Shown here: piece after piece, positions 37,481 to 50,488 of the stretch
Position numbering within the stretch: position 1 is the first letter of the stretch
Layout of the letters: each line of letters starts with the position of its first letter
From: Octopus vulgaris
Lineage: Eukaryota
Direction of reading: 5' to 3'
Assembly: GCA_951406725.2 (NCBI GenBank)
Contig: OX597838.1
Coordinates: forward strand, 33,170,001 to 33,234,000
DNA: 64,000 nucleotides
Translations under genes and position numbers: made by a program
Notes under the pieces: generated by a model
Databases searched by the model: none
Told to the model about the DNA's origin: nothing
The model's input: only the letters and a program-made list of their open reading frames with translations

Positions 37481-37992
37481 AGAACAGGTATAATCACCAA
37501 CACAAGAACATGTATCATACATCAAAATGAAGCTGGTCCTCTGTGGATCACATCCCTACTTCTCAACATAGTCACTGCATCTCTCAATAGCAATGTTCCA
37601 CCTTCAAATGAGAGCATGTATCCCTGCCCCGTAAAATTCTGTTGACTGTTCTTTGAGCCACTTCTTCACTACAGTTTTCACTTCCTCGTCACTGGACTAT
37701 TATCTCTTCGGCCCCATGAAAGAGGGTTTGCGAAGCAAACATTCCAGTGACGAGGAAGTGAAAACTGTAGTGAAGAAGTGGCTCAAAGAACAGCCAACAG
37801 AATTCTATGGGGGCAGAGAGATATGCTCTCATTCGAAGGTGGAACATTGCTAATGAGAGAAACAGCGACTATGTTGAGAAGTAGGGATGTGATCCACAGA
37901 GGACCAGCTTCATTTTGATGTATGATAATGTTCCTGTGTTGGTAATTATACCTGTCCTAAACAAAATGGCTTTACTTTTTGACTCACCCTCG
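37481..37992. mobile_element. Fold-back mariner derivative (inverted duplication of the transposase 3' end)
   Basis: Arms 37481-37696 and 37743-37958; right TIR TTACTTTTTGACTCACCCTCG|TA. Confidence 0.88.
37695..37884 (+). pseudogene. Mariner transposase C-terminal fragment (frameshifted)
   Basis: DYYLFGPMKEGLRSKHSSDEEVKTVVKKWLKEQPTEFY...RRWNIANERNSDYVEK*, typical of the region after the YSPDLAPSD motif. Confidence 0.88.
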
Positions 37993-38301
37993 TATATAGT
38001 GACATATCACTGGACATCAGAACATGTCCAGTCGCCGGTAGTTCCAGCTTGCCATAAATGCCATAGCTCCTCGGGAAGTTTCTCTCGGGGTTACCTCAGC
38101 CTCGAGTTCAAGTTAAAAAGAACAACTTAATGCATGGCAGCGGTGGATCAGTTGTAAGGGCGCTAGTTACCTTGTCAGCACGACAGTTTGCATTCTGTGT
38201 AGTGCGAGGAATGCTCTAGATTACATTTACATGTGTTGGAACCATTTAATAATCTAACAAAATATCGCTAGCTTCTGAGTTTCTTTCCGCTAACATCAGA
38301 A

Positions 38302-38820
38302 CGGTGGAGGCGCGTGGCTTACTGGTTAGGGTGTCAGCACCATGATCGTAAGATTGTGGTTTCGATTCCTGGACCGGGCGACGAGTTGTGTTCTTGAGCA
38401 AAACACTTCGTTTCACGTTGCTCCAGTCCACTCAGCTGGCAAAAATGAGTAACGCTGCGATGGACTGGCGTCCCGTCCAGCTGGGGAACACATACGCCAT
38501 AGAAACCGGGAAACCGGGTCCATGAGCCTAGCTAGCCTTTAAAAGGGTGCAAGTGGAGGCGCGTGGCTTAGTGGTTAGGGTGTCAGCACCATGATCGTAA
38601 GATCGTGGTTTCGATTCCTGGACCGGGCGACGCGTTGTGTTCTTGAGCAAAACACTTCATTTCACGTTGCTCCAGTCCACCCAGCTGGCAAAAATGAGTA
38701 ACGCTGCGATGGACTGGCGTACCGTCCACCTGGGGAACACATACGCCATAGAAACCGGGAAACGGGGCCCATAAGCCTGGCTAGGTTTTAAAAGGGCGCA
38801 TTTATTTATTATTGCCTTTT
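38302..38820 (+). mobile_element. SINE family C-related head-to-tail dimer with 11-bp TSD
   Basis: Monomers start at 38304 and 38553; TAACATCAGAA at 38291-38301 and 38821-38831. Confidence 0.9.
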
Positions 38821-39495
38821 TAACATCAGAAAGAGCTTACTTTGAATAAAAAAAAAAGAAAAGAAACTGAATTATTGAATTGAATCGAGGATTTTGCTAT
38901 GCCACCCATCAGTACCTAATGGGGAAAACACTCTGAGTTGTTGTATTGGACTGCCAAAAGAAAACCCTGAAATCTTAACCGCCATTTGATTTCTGTGTAT
39001 TTATTTTTACCAGTTCTTTTACCTGCTTCCGACTGTTTATATATATTAATACCCGTCCGCCATTTTTTTCTTTCCCGCCACTGTTATTACTTTTCCATTT
39101 ACTACATATTTTCTAGCGTCTCAACTGTTTCAAATTTTTTGTATTTCCGATTCGAATAACCCCTGCTTTTGCCATTACAGGTTTTTTTTTTTTTTAAGGC
39201 TTGTGTCAGTTTTTTCCCCCTCGTAACGCTTCGGCTACGAAAAAGAAAAAAAAAGAAAAAAAAGGAAACTTCTTCGAAAGTCAGAGATATTCCTCTTAAC
39301 ATTTGCGTTTACATTGTTTTAAAATTATTTTAGACAATTTTATTTTGGATCTAATTTATACATTTTTTTTTAAAGCAACATACCGCCCTGGGTCGTTTAG
39401 CAGTATCTTCCAAAATGTAAACACTCATTTTCATATACATTTATCTATCTACATATATATAAATGTTATCTTATGTCTGTGTACGTATATATATA

Positions 39496-39674
<179 letters not shown>

Positions 39675-39751
39675 GTATGTATGTATGTATGTATGTATAT
39701 TTATTTGTTGATATGTGTTGTGAGTGTATATATATGTATACACGTACACAC

Positions 39752-39812
<61 letters not shown>

Positions 39813-39990
39813 TTTAATGGTTTAACGGTATATTTCTCCTCCTGCCATGTTTTGCTTCCACCGGATTTACCGTTTCTCCCAATTTCTCCGCGTCTACACT
39901 TCTAATGTTTTTCCTTTGCACTCCTTTCGCTTTTGACTCTTCTTTTCACAAGTCCGATATTTCACCACCACCACCACTATCACAACAACA

Positions 39991-40042
<52 letters not shown>

Positions 40043-40046
<4 letters not shown>

Positions 40047-40318
40047 ATTGATGAGTTGCAACAACGGCGAAGTACGTATCTGTCGTCGCTCTCGTGATCA
40101 CTTCGGGGGTGCTTCTTTTCTTATTACTTCACTGCTCCCATTGCATAATTCGGATTTATGTTACTTATGCGGTGTCATTTGCAAACCTGCCGTTAAGCTT
40201 ATACACTACCTGTATCTACTTCAGACGAGCAGATTCGATTTTCTTTTTGGCAATGTCATGTGTACGCTACATTGATGAGTCGCAACAACGGCGAAGTACG
40301 TATCTATCGTTCTCGTGA
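40043..40318 (+). repeat. 224-bp-period direct repeat whose repeated part is a hammerhead-like motif (retrozyme-like)
   Basis: CTACATTGATGAGTYGCAACAACGGCGAAGTACGTATCT at 40043 and 40267. Confidence 0.7.
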
Positions 40319-40562
40319 ACTCTTCGTGGCGGGGGTCGCTTTCGTTTCGCCTAGCTGAGATGTATACAGTGATTTTTAACATTATACGTCTCAAGAGAGA
40401 CTTTTTTCCTAGAAGAAAAACTTCTGCTTCTGTTGTATTGATTATGCTAACAATCATTTCCAGTAGCCTAATCAGGCAACGCTGCGCTCTCTCAGATAAA
40501 TCTCGTTTCCATTTACAGGTTAGATAGGTAGAGACCCCACTATCATCATCATCATCATCATC

Positions 40563-40616
<54 letters not shown>

Positions 40617-41023
40617 GCTGTTACATCTTTGATGCTTTAGGTCAGGGGTGCCACAGCATGGTTCGTGAGAACGAATGTCTTTTCTGCTATCAAGTCATAT
40701 GCAACTACAAATGACGGTCGACATAGACAGACAAACATGTATGCATACAGACGTACACAAACACGTGCGTGCACACATACAGACACACACACATACACAC
40801 ATACACAGAGTGATAATTTCATATTTGGGTAGACACCTCGTAAGTATGCTGTTTAAAGAGTCTCGCGAATTTCGTTTTCAGTCTCTCATCTTTACATATG
40901 TTTATGTGTGTGTATGTGTGTGATAGTGTGTGTGTATGTGTGTGTATACACATGTACACATATATACTTATATATGTAGACATATACATCTATATATGTA
41001 TGCACATACATATATGTGTCTAC

Positions 41024-41102
<79 letters not shown>

Positions 41103-41233
41103 ATTAGATACATCCATACTTACATGAATACATGCATATATACATACATATATGCATGCATGCATACATACATTCATAGATACATACATGCAGGCATACA
41201 TATTTTGATATGTACGAAGCATATTTATATTAC

Positions 41234-41297
<64 letters not shown>

Positions 41298-41720
41298 GCA
41301 CACACAAACACACCACACAAATGCACTCTCTCACTATGTGTGCGTGAGAGAGAGACAGAGAGAAGGAGAGGGAGAGAGAAGCATGCATGTGTTCGCGAGT
41401 ACTCGCAGACATGCAAGCCATGTTGTAAATGTGCAGTTTGTAGCCGCGTGAAATCAATACGTATCGTAACTTAAAACGTTCTCCTATATACCATGCTACC
41501 CGACACATTCCTCTGATGAACGGGAGGCGGCGGCTACTCGTATGTCAGTGTGCGTGTGCGCGCGTTAATATTACTGCGCGCGCGCGCGTGTACGTGTATT
41601 TGTGTAGTTATACCTGCAAATGGGTGGAGTTTAAAAGTGCCCTTTTTCGTGTTTCGTTTTCTCATTAAATATCTGCCAACTTTTTTGTTTTTTTAATGTA
41701 CTTCTCTTCTCTATGCATAT

Positions 41721-41765
<45 letters not shown>

Positions 41766-42044
41766 ACACACACACGGGCGCGCACAAACACACACATACA
41801 CGCGTAAACACAATCGCTTTCTTTCTTATAGCTGTTATTTTATCACGTTACCTCTCTTTGTTGTAGCACTATATTTTTCTTCTCTCTGCCTCCCTTTGCT
41901 TTATTCGCATATGTGCTCCAGTAAAAATCAAATTCCCTCTTGGAGCGACTAAAGTATGGGGAGCTGTCCACTTACAGACGTGGCTGTGTTCTAGGAAGTT
42001 TGCTTACCAACCACATATTTCGGTATTCAGTCCTTCTATATATA

Positions 42045-42464
42045 TATTTTATCGCATTTTGAATTTGTTTACATATTTCTCGATAAATTTTGAGCGTTAG
42101 ACTATATACCAGAATTCCCTAGTTTGTCGGGTTCGTTCTGCGTCTGCGCAGTGATCTGATTAGTTAGAAAGAGCAAATTATTAGACGCACATGCGTCTAT
42201 TGAGTTGCGCTTCATAATAACAGGATTCTTACTGAAGAGCCTACCTGAGTAAATAAATATTCTTTTTATTGCTGAACAAGGCGAAACTGCAGTCTAAGAT
42301 GAACAGAGTTAGTAAAAGTTTTTATCTTCATTTCACTAAATTTATCAAGCTTCTGTGTTTCTAGTACATACTTCGCCTTTAATCTACTTATATATGAATA
42401 ATATATGGCCGGTGCTAGAAACACCAGCGAAAATAATTAATTTTATTTTATCGCATTTTGAATT

Positions 42465-42467
<3 letters not shown>
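42045..42467 (+). mobile_element. 399-bp hammerhead-containing unit with 24-bp terminal direct repeat, in (TA)n (retrozyme/PLE pseudo-LTR-like)
   Basis: TATTTTATCGCATTTTGAATTTGT at 42045-42068 and 42444-42467; TA repeats on both sides. Confidence 0.8.
42227..42299 (+). ncRNA. Type I hammerhead ribozyme, fully canonical core
   Basis: ucuua-CUGAAGA-GCCU(36 nt)AGGC-GAAA-CUGCAG-UC-uaaga; predicted cleavage after C42294. Confidence 0.9.
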
Positions 42468-42523
<56 letters not shown>

Positions 42524-43090
42524 ATGTATATATATATATATATATATATATGTAATGCATATTAAGTACAAGAATCACCAACGAGTGAATAAAATATGTA
42601 AGCACATGAGATAAATACATGACAAAATACCAAGAATAACACAAGTACACGATATCAGCAACTAGTGAAAAATAAAATACGTAAATACATAACGAGGGAC
42701 AAGTACGGGACAAAATACCAAAAGAAGTCTAACTCCTCCTCAGTCGTCGACAGCTTATTACTCCCTGTTTCGTGCTTTCGTGTACGTTAAAGACGAATAA
42801 ATATATTCTAAATACCGTAACAGATAAATTTTAGATTTACTAAAATAAACTTTCCAATCGAGAGGAAAATATAATGCTTTGTGGTGATTGCGACCAACAC
42901 CAAAAAAGTCGAGTATTCTCCGGAATTGTCATGCAATTATGAAGACAGTTTAATTGCCAGGAAACAAAAGGTCAGCTGTTGACATGTGCTTAGGCACACA
43001 CACACACACACACACACACACTCATACACACACACTCATGCACAGACGCAATTAAGAAGTCGTACAATGAACTTAGAACGTCTTTATAAT

Positions 43091-43213
43091 TAGTTACAAT
43101 TGTTTCTGTACCACTCAGTTTCTAACGCCATTGCATGTAAATGCTTTCATGTGAAAAGTTACGCAATATTTTACTGTTGATCATTACATTGGGAGTGACA
43201 CTTCATCAGAATA
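43091..43213 (-). ncRNA. Type I hammerhead with long stem II insertion (left arm of palindrome)
   Basis: uauu-CUGAUGA-AGUGUCACUC...GAGUGGUACA-GAAA-CAAUUG-UA-acua. Confidence 0.72.
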
Positions 43214-43219
43214 GACACC

Positions 43220-43344
43220 GGTCTGATGAAATGTCACTCCACTGTAATAATCAACAGCAAATATTGCTGAGACGTTTCCCACAAGATAGAAAATGTATGT
43301 ATAATGGCGTTGAAAACAGAGTGGTATTGAAACGATTGTAACTA
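43220..43344 (+). ncRNA. Type I hammerhead with long stem II insertion (right arm of palindrome)
   Basis: ggu-CUGAUGA-AAUGUCACUC(79 nt)GAGUGGUAUU-GAAA-CGAUUG-UA-acu. Confidence 0.78.
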
Positions 43345-43354
43345 AACATTCTTT

Positions 43355-43965
43355 TATTCTTTAACTTGTTTCAGTCATTTGACTGCAGCCATGCTAGAGC
43401 ACTGCCTTGAAGGGTTTCAGACGAACAAATCGAACATTTTATTTGACTCGGTCATATGGACTGCGGCCATGCTGGAGCACCGTCTTTAGCTGAACAAATC
43501 GACCCCAGGACTTTTGGGGCGACAAACACAGTCACACAAACATAAATATATATATACACACACATATAATATATATATATATATACGATGGGCTTCATTC
43601 AGTTTCTCTCTACCAAATACACTCACAAAGCTTTGGTCGGGCCGAAATTATAGTAGAAGACACTTACCCAAGGTGCCCGGAACTGTGTGGTTGGTAAGCA
43701 AGCTACTTACCATACATATCTATCTATCTATCTACATATATGCGTGTGTGTGTGTGTATTAATATGTAAAATTAAAATTATATCTGTATCTATCTATCTA
43801 TCTATCTATCTATATCTATATGTGCGTATGCGTGTGACGGGCTTCTTTCGGTTTCCGTCTACCAAATCCACTCACAAGGTTTTGATCGACCCGATGCTAT
43901 AAAGAAGAAGACACTTGCCCGAGGTGTCACGCAAGTGAAGAGAACTTCTCACCACACAGCCACGC
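43355..43965 (-). mobile_element. Cluster of nested or partial SINE B copies
   Basis: Two tails (about 43355, 43445) and two heads (about 43585, 43835). Confidence 0.8.
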
Positions 43966-44441
43966 CTGGTGTCCTCTTAATTATTTCAAGTGTTACCCTT
44001 CGCCACATTCATAAAGCTTCTCTATCAGCAACGTACCAAGAATTTTGGGCTCTGGCCGACTCTTAATTTTCCTCCATTCGTGAGTGCAGATACCGAACCG
44101 TTTGAGTTTGATGCTATACAAGCAAAAATGCCTATTTTCTTCATTTCTCTATCAAAACTTACACTAGAAGTCATATACAGATAGGTTTGTGTGTGTGTTC
44201 ATTAAGATGGCTGCGCATAGACACACACACAAGCATACTTGCATACACAAGCATACATAGATACACACACACAAGCATACTTGCTAACAGACACATATAT
44301 GCACACACGCATATACTAAAGCACACACATATATATATATATATACACATATATTTGTGTTTTGTTCATTACGTACATCTATTATGAAAAAAATATAGAC
44401 CTTTTTTCTCGCTATTTCTTTCAGTTTAATCACAACAACGG

Positions 44442-44472
<31 letters not shown>

Positions 44473-44709
44473 GTGGGAGCGGGTGTAGGGTGGTCGTCTG
44501 TTCGTGTGAAGACTTTTGGCCCCCCTACTGTGGTCTGTTGGAACCTGGTAAGTAACGAATGGTGAGGGAGGGGGAGGGGGAGGATGAAGAAGAAGAAGAA
44601 GAAGAAGAAGAAGAAGAAGAAGAAGGGAAAGAAGAAGGAGAGGAAGAAGAAGAAGAAGACTATCAGGACTGTGGTTAGCAGCTGGGGCTGACCTACATTT
44701 CAAGAACCA

Positions 44710-45288
44710 GTGGTGGTGGTGGTTGTAGTGGTGGAGGTGGTGGTGGTAGTGGTGGTAGTGGTGGTAGTGGTGGTGGTGTTAGTGGTTTTCTTGTGGTTGT
44801 TTTCGTTGTTTTTGGTGGTGGTTAATGTTCACAGTTGTAGTTGTAGTAGTAGTAGTAGTAGTTAATAGTGGTGATGGTGATGGTGGGTGTAGTGGTAGTC
44901 GTTAAGCTAACTAGTGGTAGTGGTGGTGGTGGTGGTGGTGGTGGTGGTGGTGGTGGTTGCGGTGGTTATATTGATGATGATGATGATGATGGTCGTCAAT
45001 GGCAATAGCGGTTAAGTTAATAGTAGTGGCTGGTGTTGGTGTTGTTGCTGTTAGTGGTGGTGGTGGTCGTCGTAATGTTTGTGGTGGTGGAGGCGGTGGT
45101 TGTGATGGCACCACTGGGTTTGTTCACAGAAGCGGACATGTAGTAGTTTGTGAATGTTTATCTATGGTGGTGGTGGTGTTGAGGGAGGGAGGATTGTGGT
45201 GGCGGTGGTTGTCGGAATGGTGATGGTGGTGATAGCGATGGTGTTGTTGGTGGTGGCGGTGGTAATGGAGGAAATAGTGGTAGTTTCG

Positions 45289-45320
<32 letters not shown>

Positions 45321-45565
45321 GGTGGTGGTGCAAAAGTTGTTTAGCACCAGATCGACCCTAAAGGATCAGGTTTTCGATCAAAAGCATTCCAACCACGACC
45401 GTCCTGTCCTTTTAAAAGCGGCAAAGTACTTTTTAAAACATTAAATATCTGAGGAGAATAGTAAGTAGTAGTAGTAGTAGTAGTGGTGGTGGTGGTGGTG
45501 GTAGTAGTAGTAGTAGTGGTGGTGGTGGTGGTGGTGGTGGTAGTAGTAGTAGTAGCAGCAGCAGC

Positions 45566-45606
<41 letters not shown>

Positions 45607-45634
45607 CAGCAGCAGCAGTAACTGCAGCAATAGC

Positions 45635-45665
<31 letters not shown>

Positions 45666-45730
45666 ATGGTGGGGTGGTGGCGGCGGTGGTGGTAGTAATA
45701 GTTACAGTAGAAGTAGTATCAGTAGTAGTA
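44710..45730. repeat. Degenerate (GTG/GTA/GCA)n trinucleotide region
   Basis: direct reading. Confidence 0.9.
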
Positions 45731-46126
45731 ATTAGGCAACTTGTTATTTTTAATTGTTGTTGAATTATAATTATGATTGTTGTTGTTGTTGTTATTGTTA
45801 TTGTTGCAACTATTTAACCCCGGGTCAACCCAGTCTGAGCAGGTCTTGTTTGTAGAGGAATGGAAGCCGAAAACTTCGAGATTAGTAAACATGGTGGTGA
45901 TTTTTGGTCGCTGTGTACGTAACCATACGATTTAAAATGGCCAGATTTCTAGCTGCTATTTCTAGCATCTTGTTCGTAGAGGCTCCCTTCGGTGTACACG
46001 AATCCTTATTATTGTTAAATTTACTAAGATCGCCGTTGATGCCGTCGGTTCGGCCATCGTCAATCCTGTTCTCATTGCGGTGCGGAAGACATAGGCAGTT
46101 GAAACTGGCCATTGTCATTATAATAA

Positions 46127-46181
<55 letters not shown>

Positions 46182-46293
46182 GGTGGTGGTGGTGGTGGTG
46201 GTGGTGGCGGTAGTAGTAGTAGTAGTAGTAGTGATGGTGGTGGTAGTAGTGGTAGTAGTAGTGGTAGTAGTAGTAGTGGTAGTAGTGGTGGTG

Positions 46294-46334
<41 letters not shown>

Positions 46335-46343
46335 GGTGGTGGA

Positions 46344-46377
<34 letters not shown>

Positions 46378-46413
46378 GAAGTGGTGGTGGTGGTAGTAGT
46401 GGTGGTGGTAGTT

Positions 46414-46448
<35 letters not shown>

Positions 46449-46520
46449 GGTAGTTGTAGTAGTAGTAGTAATAGTAGTAGTAGTAGTGGTGGTAGTAGTA
46501 GTAGTGGTGGTGGTGATGGA

Positions 46521-46565
<45 letters not shown>

Positions 46566-46575
46566 GGTGGTGGTG

Positions 46576-46625
<50 letters not shown>

Positions 46626-46650
46626 GGTGGTGGTAGTAGTAGTAGTAGTC
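46127..46650. repeat. About 520-bp in-phase (GTA/GTG)n tract
   Basis: direct reading; produces the poly-V/poly-T ORFs. Confidence 0.95.
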
Positions 46651-47052
46651 GTTATACTTTTGTAGTTGTTAGAATATGGAAGTTGTACATGCGTATAGTA
46701 TTCGAGTTTTATTGTTGTTCTTCTTCTGTACGGTATTGTTCTTATTGTTGGTGTTGCTGTTGTTGTTGTCAGACCCCAGAAAAGGAAATGACATTGTAAA
46801 ATGGCGGATCGATCAATAGAATGAATAAATAAATTAATAATTAAATAGCTAAACAAACAAATGAATAAATGTATTAATTACTCAGCCCGCTTATATGGCC
46901 TCTGGTCAAAGAGTTTACACGAAATACGACAAATGTGTGTCATGTCTCTGTGTATATATAACTACACACACATACTCACACATGCGTGTGTGTGCGTGTG
47001 TATGTGCGTGTGAATGAGCAAGCAATATATTTGCGTATGCTTACGTGCGCGC

Positions 47053-47088
<36 letters not shown>

Positions 47089-47146
47089 ACATATGTGTGT
47101 ATGCATAAATTTATATATAATACATAAACGCTTACGATAAACATAT

Positions 47147-47178
<32 letters not shown>

Positions 47179-47205
47179 GTATGCATGTATATATATATAT
47201 ATATA

Positions 47206-47560
47206 GGTACAGGAGTGGGTGTGTGGTAAGAAGCTTGCTTACCAACCACATGGTTCCGGGTTCAGTCCCACTGCGTGACACCTTGGGCAAGTGTCTTCTA
47301 CTATAGCCTCGGGCCGACCAAATCCTTGTGAGTGGATTTGGTAGACGGAAACTGAAAGAAGCCCATTGTGTGGGTGTGTGTGTGTGCGTGTTTGTGTGTA
47401 TGCATGTATGTTGGTTTGTCTGCACAACTTGACAACCGATGCTGGTGGGCTTACGTCCCCGTAACTTAAGGAGACCGATAGAATAAGTACTAGGCTTACA
47501 AAGAATAAGTCCTAGCGTCGATTTGCTCGACTAAAGGCGGTGCTCCAGCATGGCCGAAAT
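47206..47560 (+). mobile_element. SINE family B
   Basis: Homology to 13478-13905. Confidence 0.9.
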
Positions 47561-47955
47561 CAAATTACTACACTCATACAGCGGAAAAGTTACAAAGAAT
47601 TTTATGTGCTTTTGATATTTGACTCTTGTTTCTAGCAATGCTGGTGGTGCTCCGCGCACCCGCCGGTCACATTTTAGTGGCGGTGAATTATTTCCCCACA
47701 AGAATAAACAAGGGAGATAGAGACAGACAGAAGAAACAGGGAAAATGCCCCTTGTATTTGAATACTGTGCAAATATTCTCTTAAAACACTTTTCATTTAA
47801 TTTTTCCAAAATTCAATTGTTTTCCATCCTTAGAGTTGAAAAAGTCTCAATGACCGAATCCGGTACTAAAATGTTTTTTTATGATAAAATTATTTTAGCA
47901 TTTTCTACCTTGACTTTTTTCCTGATATATATATATATTATATATATATATTATA

Positions 47956-48001
<46 letters not shown>

Positions 48002-48040
48002 TATATATATATATATATACATATTATATATATATATATA

Positions 48041-48090
<50 letters not shown>

Positions 48091-48094
48091 TACC

Positions 48095-48293
48095 CTTTTA
48101 CTTGTTTCAGTCATTTGACTGCGGCCATGCTGGAGCTCCGGCTTTAGTGGAACAAATCGACTCCAGAACTTATTCTTTGTAAGCGTAGTACTTATTCTAT
48201 CAGTCTCTTTTGCCGAACCGCTAAGTTACGGAGATGTAAACACTCCACTACTGGTTGTCAAGCGATGTTGGGGTGACAAACACAGACACACAA

Positions 48294-48344
<51 letters not shown>

Positions 48345-48452
48345 ATATCCGACAGGCTTCTTTCAGTTTCTGTCTACCAAATCCACTCACAAGGCTTTGG
48401 TCGGCCCGAGGCTATAGTAGAAGACACTTGCCCAAGGTGCCATGCAGTGGGA
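48095..48452 (-). mobile_element. SINE family B, 5'-truncated; further partial copies at 48888-49330
   Basis: Homology to 2496-2892. Confidence 0.88.
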
Positions 48453-48529
48453 ATATATATATATATATAAAGAGAGAGAGAGAGTATACACATATACACA
48501 CACATAAATACATATACAAACATACGTAA

Positions 48530-48594
<65 letters not shown>

Positions 48595-48853
48595 GAGGAG
48601 GCTGACGTTTGATACGTTTGAGACGGCGGGAAACTTGAGAAGCAGCGATAACAAGAGCTGATGTGTGGAGGTAGGAGGCTGGTGTTTGTCGGCTGACAGG
48701 TGAAGAATATCTCGATGGAACAAGTGTCAGAAGTTGAGGAAACGAAAGGCCTGCTGCCTTCTTCCACCAGAAAAAACCAACGCCAGCATCAGAACGGTAG
48801 TTCTTTACACGCACGCACGCACCCGCGTTACAGGATGAGTGAGTGCGGATGTA

Positions 48854-48887
<34 letters not shown>

Positions 48888-49446
48888 TCTTTTTACTCTT
48901 CTACTTGTTTCAGTCATTTGACTGCGGCTATGCTGGAGCACCGCCTTTAGTCGAGCAACTTGACCCCGGGACTTATTCTTTCGTAAGCCCAGTACTTATA
49001 AGTCTTTAATCGAAAATATCGACCCCAGGTCTAATTATTTGTAAGCCTAGAAGTACTTATTCTATCGGTCACTTATGCCGAACCGCTAAGTTACGGGGAC
49101 CTAAACAAACCAGCATCGGTTGTGAAGCGATGGTGGGCGACAAACAGACACGCAAACATATATATATATATATATATATGTATATTATCTTTTGTTTCAG
49201 TCATTGGACTGCGGCCATGCTGGGGCACCGCCTCGACGGGTTTGTTCTTTTTAGAAGCCTTTGTACTCATTCTGTCGGTCTCTTTTTACCGAATCGCTAA
49301 GTTGACAAGTGGTAGAGAGGGACAAACAATAGGACACACACGCATAGATACAGAATATTTGCCTTGGTCGGAATCTGAAAGAAGCCCTTCGTATATATAT
49401 ATGTATGTGTGTGTGTGTATGTATATATACATGTATGTATATATAT

Positions 49447-49645
49447 CGGGTGAAATGCGTAGCCGTATTTCGTCTGTCGTTACGTTCTGAGTTCAAATTC
49501 CGCCGAGGTCGACTTTGCCTTTCATCCCTTCGGGGTCGATAAATAAAGTACCAGTTACGCACTGGGGTCGATGTAATCGACTCAATCCCTTTGTCTGTCC
49601 TTGTTTGTCCCCTCTATGTTTAGCCCCTTGTGGGCAATAAAGAAA
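49447..49645 (+). mobile_element. SINE family A, 5'-truncated
   Basis: Family consensus. Confidence 0.9.
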
Positions 49646-50322
49646 AATATATATATATATGTGTGTGTGGGTGTGGGTGTGTATGCACACACACACACGC
49701 ATACATATATACGACGGGCTTCTTTCAGTTTCTGTCTGAAATACTTGTCCGAGGTGCTGCGCAGTGGGGTTGAACTCAAGACTATATGGTTAGGGGTGTG
49801 TATGTGTGTATATATGTGTGTGTGTGTGTGTGATTAATTGCAAGCATGTATCTATAATAAATATTTACAGAATATTTGCTCTCCCTCACACACACACACA
49901 GACACACACACACACGCATATACTCTATCATTTATATACATATATTTTATATTGTACATATATACAAATACACAGTAAATTGCATGTTTGTGTTGTGTGT
50001 GTGTGTGTGTGTGTGTAACAAAACCAAACGGACAGAAAGACTTGAGAAGCAAGAAAGAGGGAATGGTATCCGCTTGCCTGGCATCGGACGAAAGCTGAAC
50101 TAAAATCCTTATTTATCATCGACATCAACTTGGCGCGCCGAGTCAGCAGTTTCACTGCGCTAACACTACAATACGCACACACACACAGACACAATATATA
50201 TATATATACATATATATAAATACACACATATATAGACATAGATATATATATACATATATATAAACATACGTATATATATAGACATATATACATACACATA
50301 TATAGACACATACGTACATACG

Positions 50323-50354
<32 letters not shown>

Positions 50355-50447
50355 GAGACGTACATACATATATATATATAATACATATATATAACATACG
50401 TATATATATATAGACATATATATATACATACACAAAAGTATACAAAT

Positions 50448-50488
<41 letters not shown>

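Noticed and set aside
41513-41545. CUGAUGA hammerhead core
   Set aside because: A stem follows but there is no GAAA/UH and no stem I
45882-46856. Long ORFs (324 aa poly-Thr, 253 aa poly-Val) resembling a mucin
   Set aside because: Produced by a stop-free (GTA/GTG)n microsatellite; the flanks translate from repeat family F and non-coding DNA
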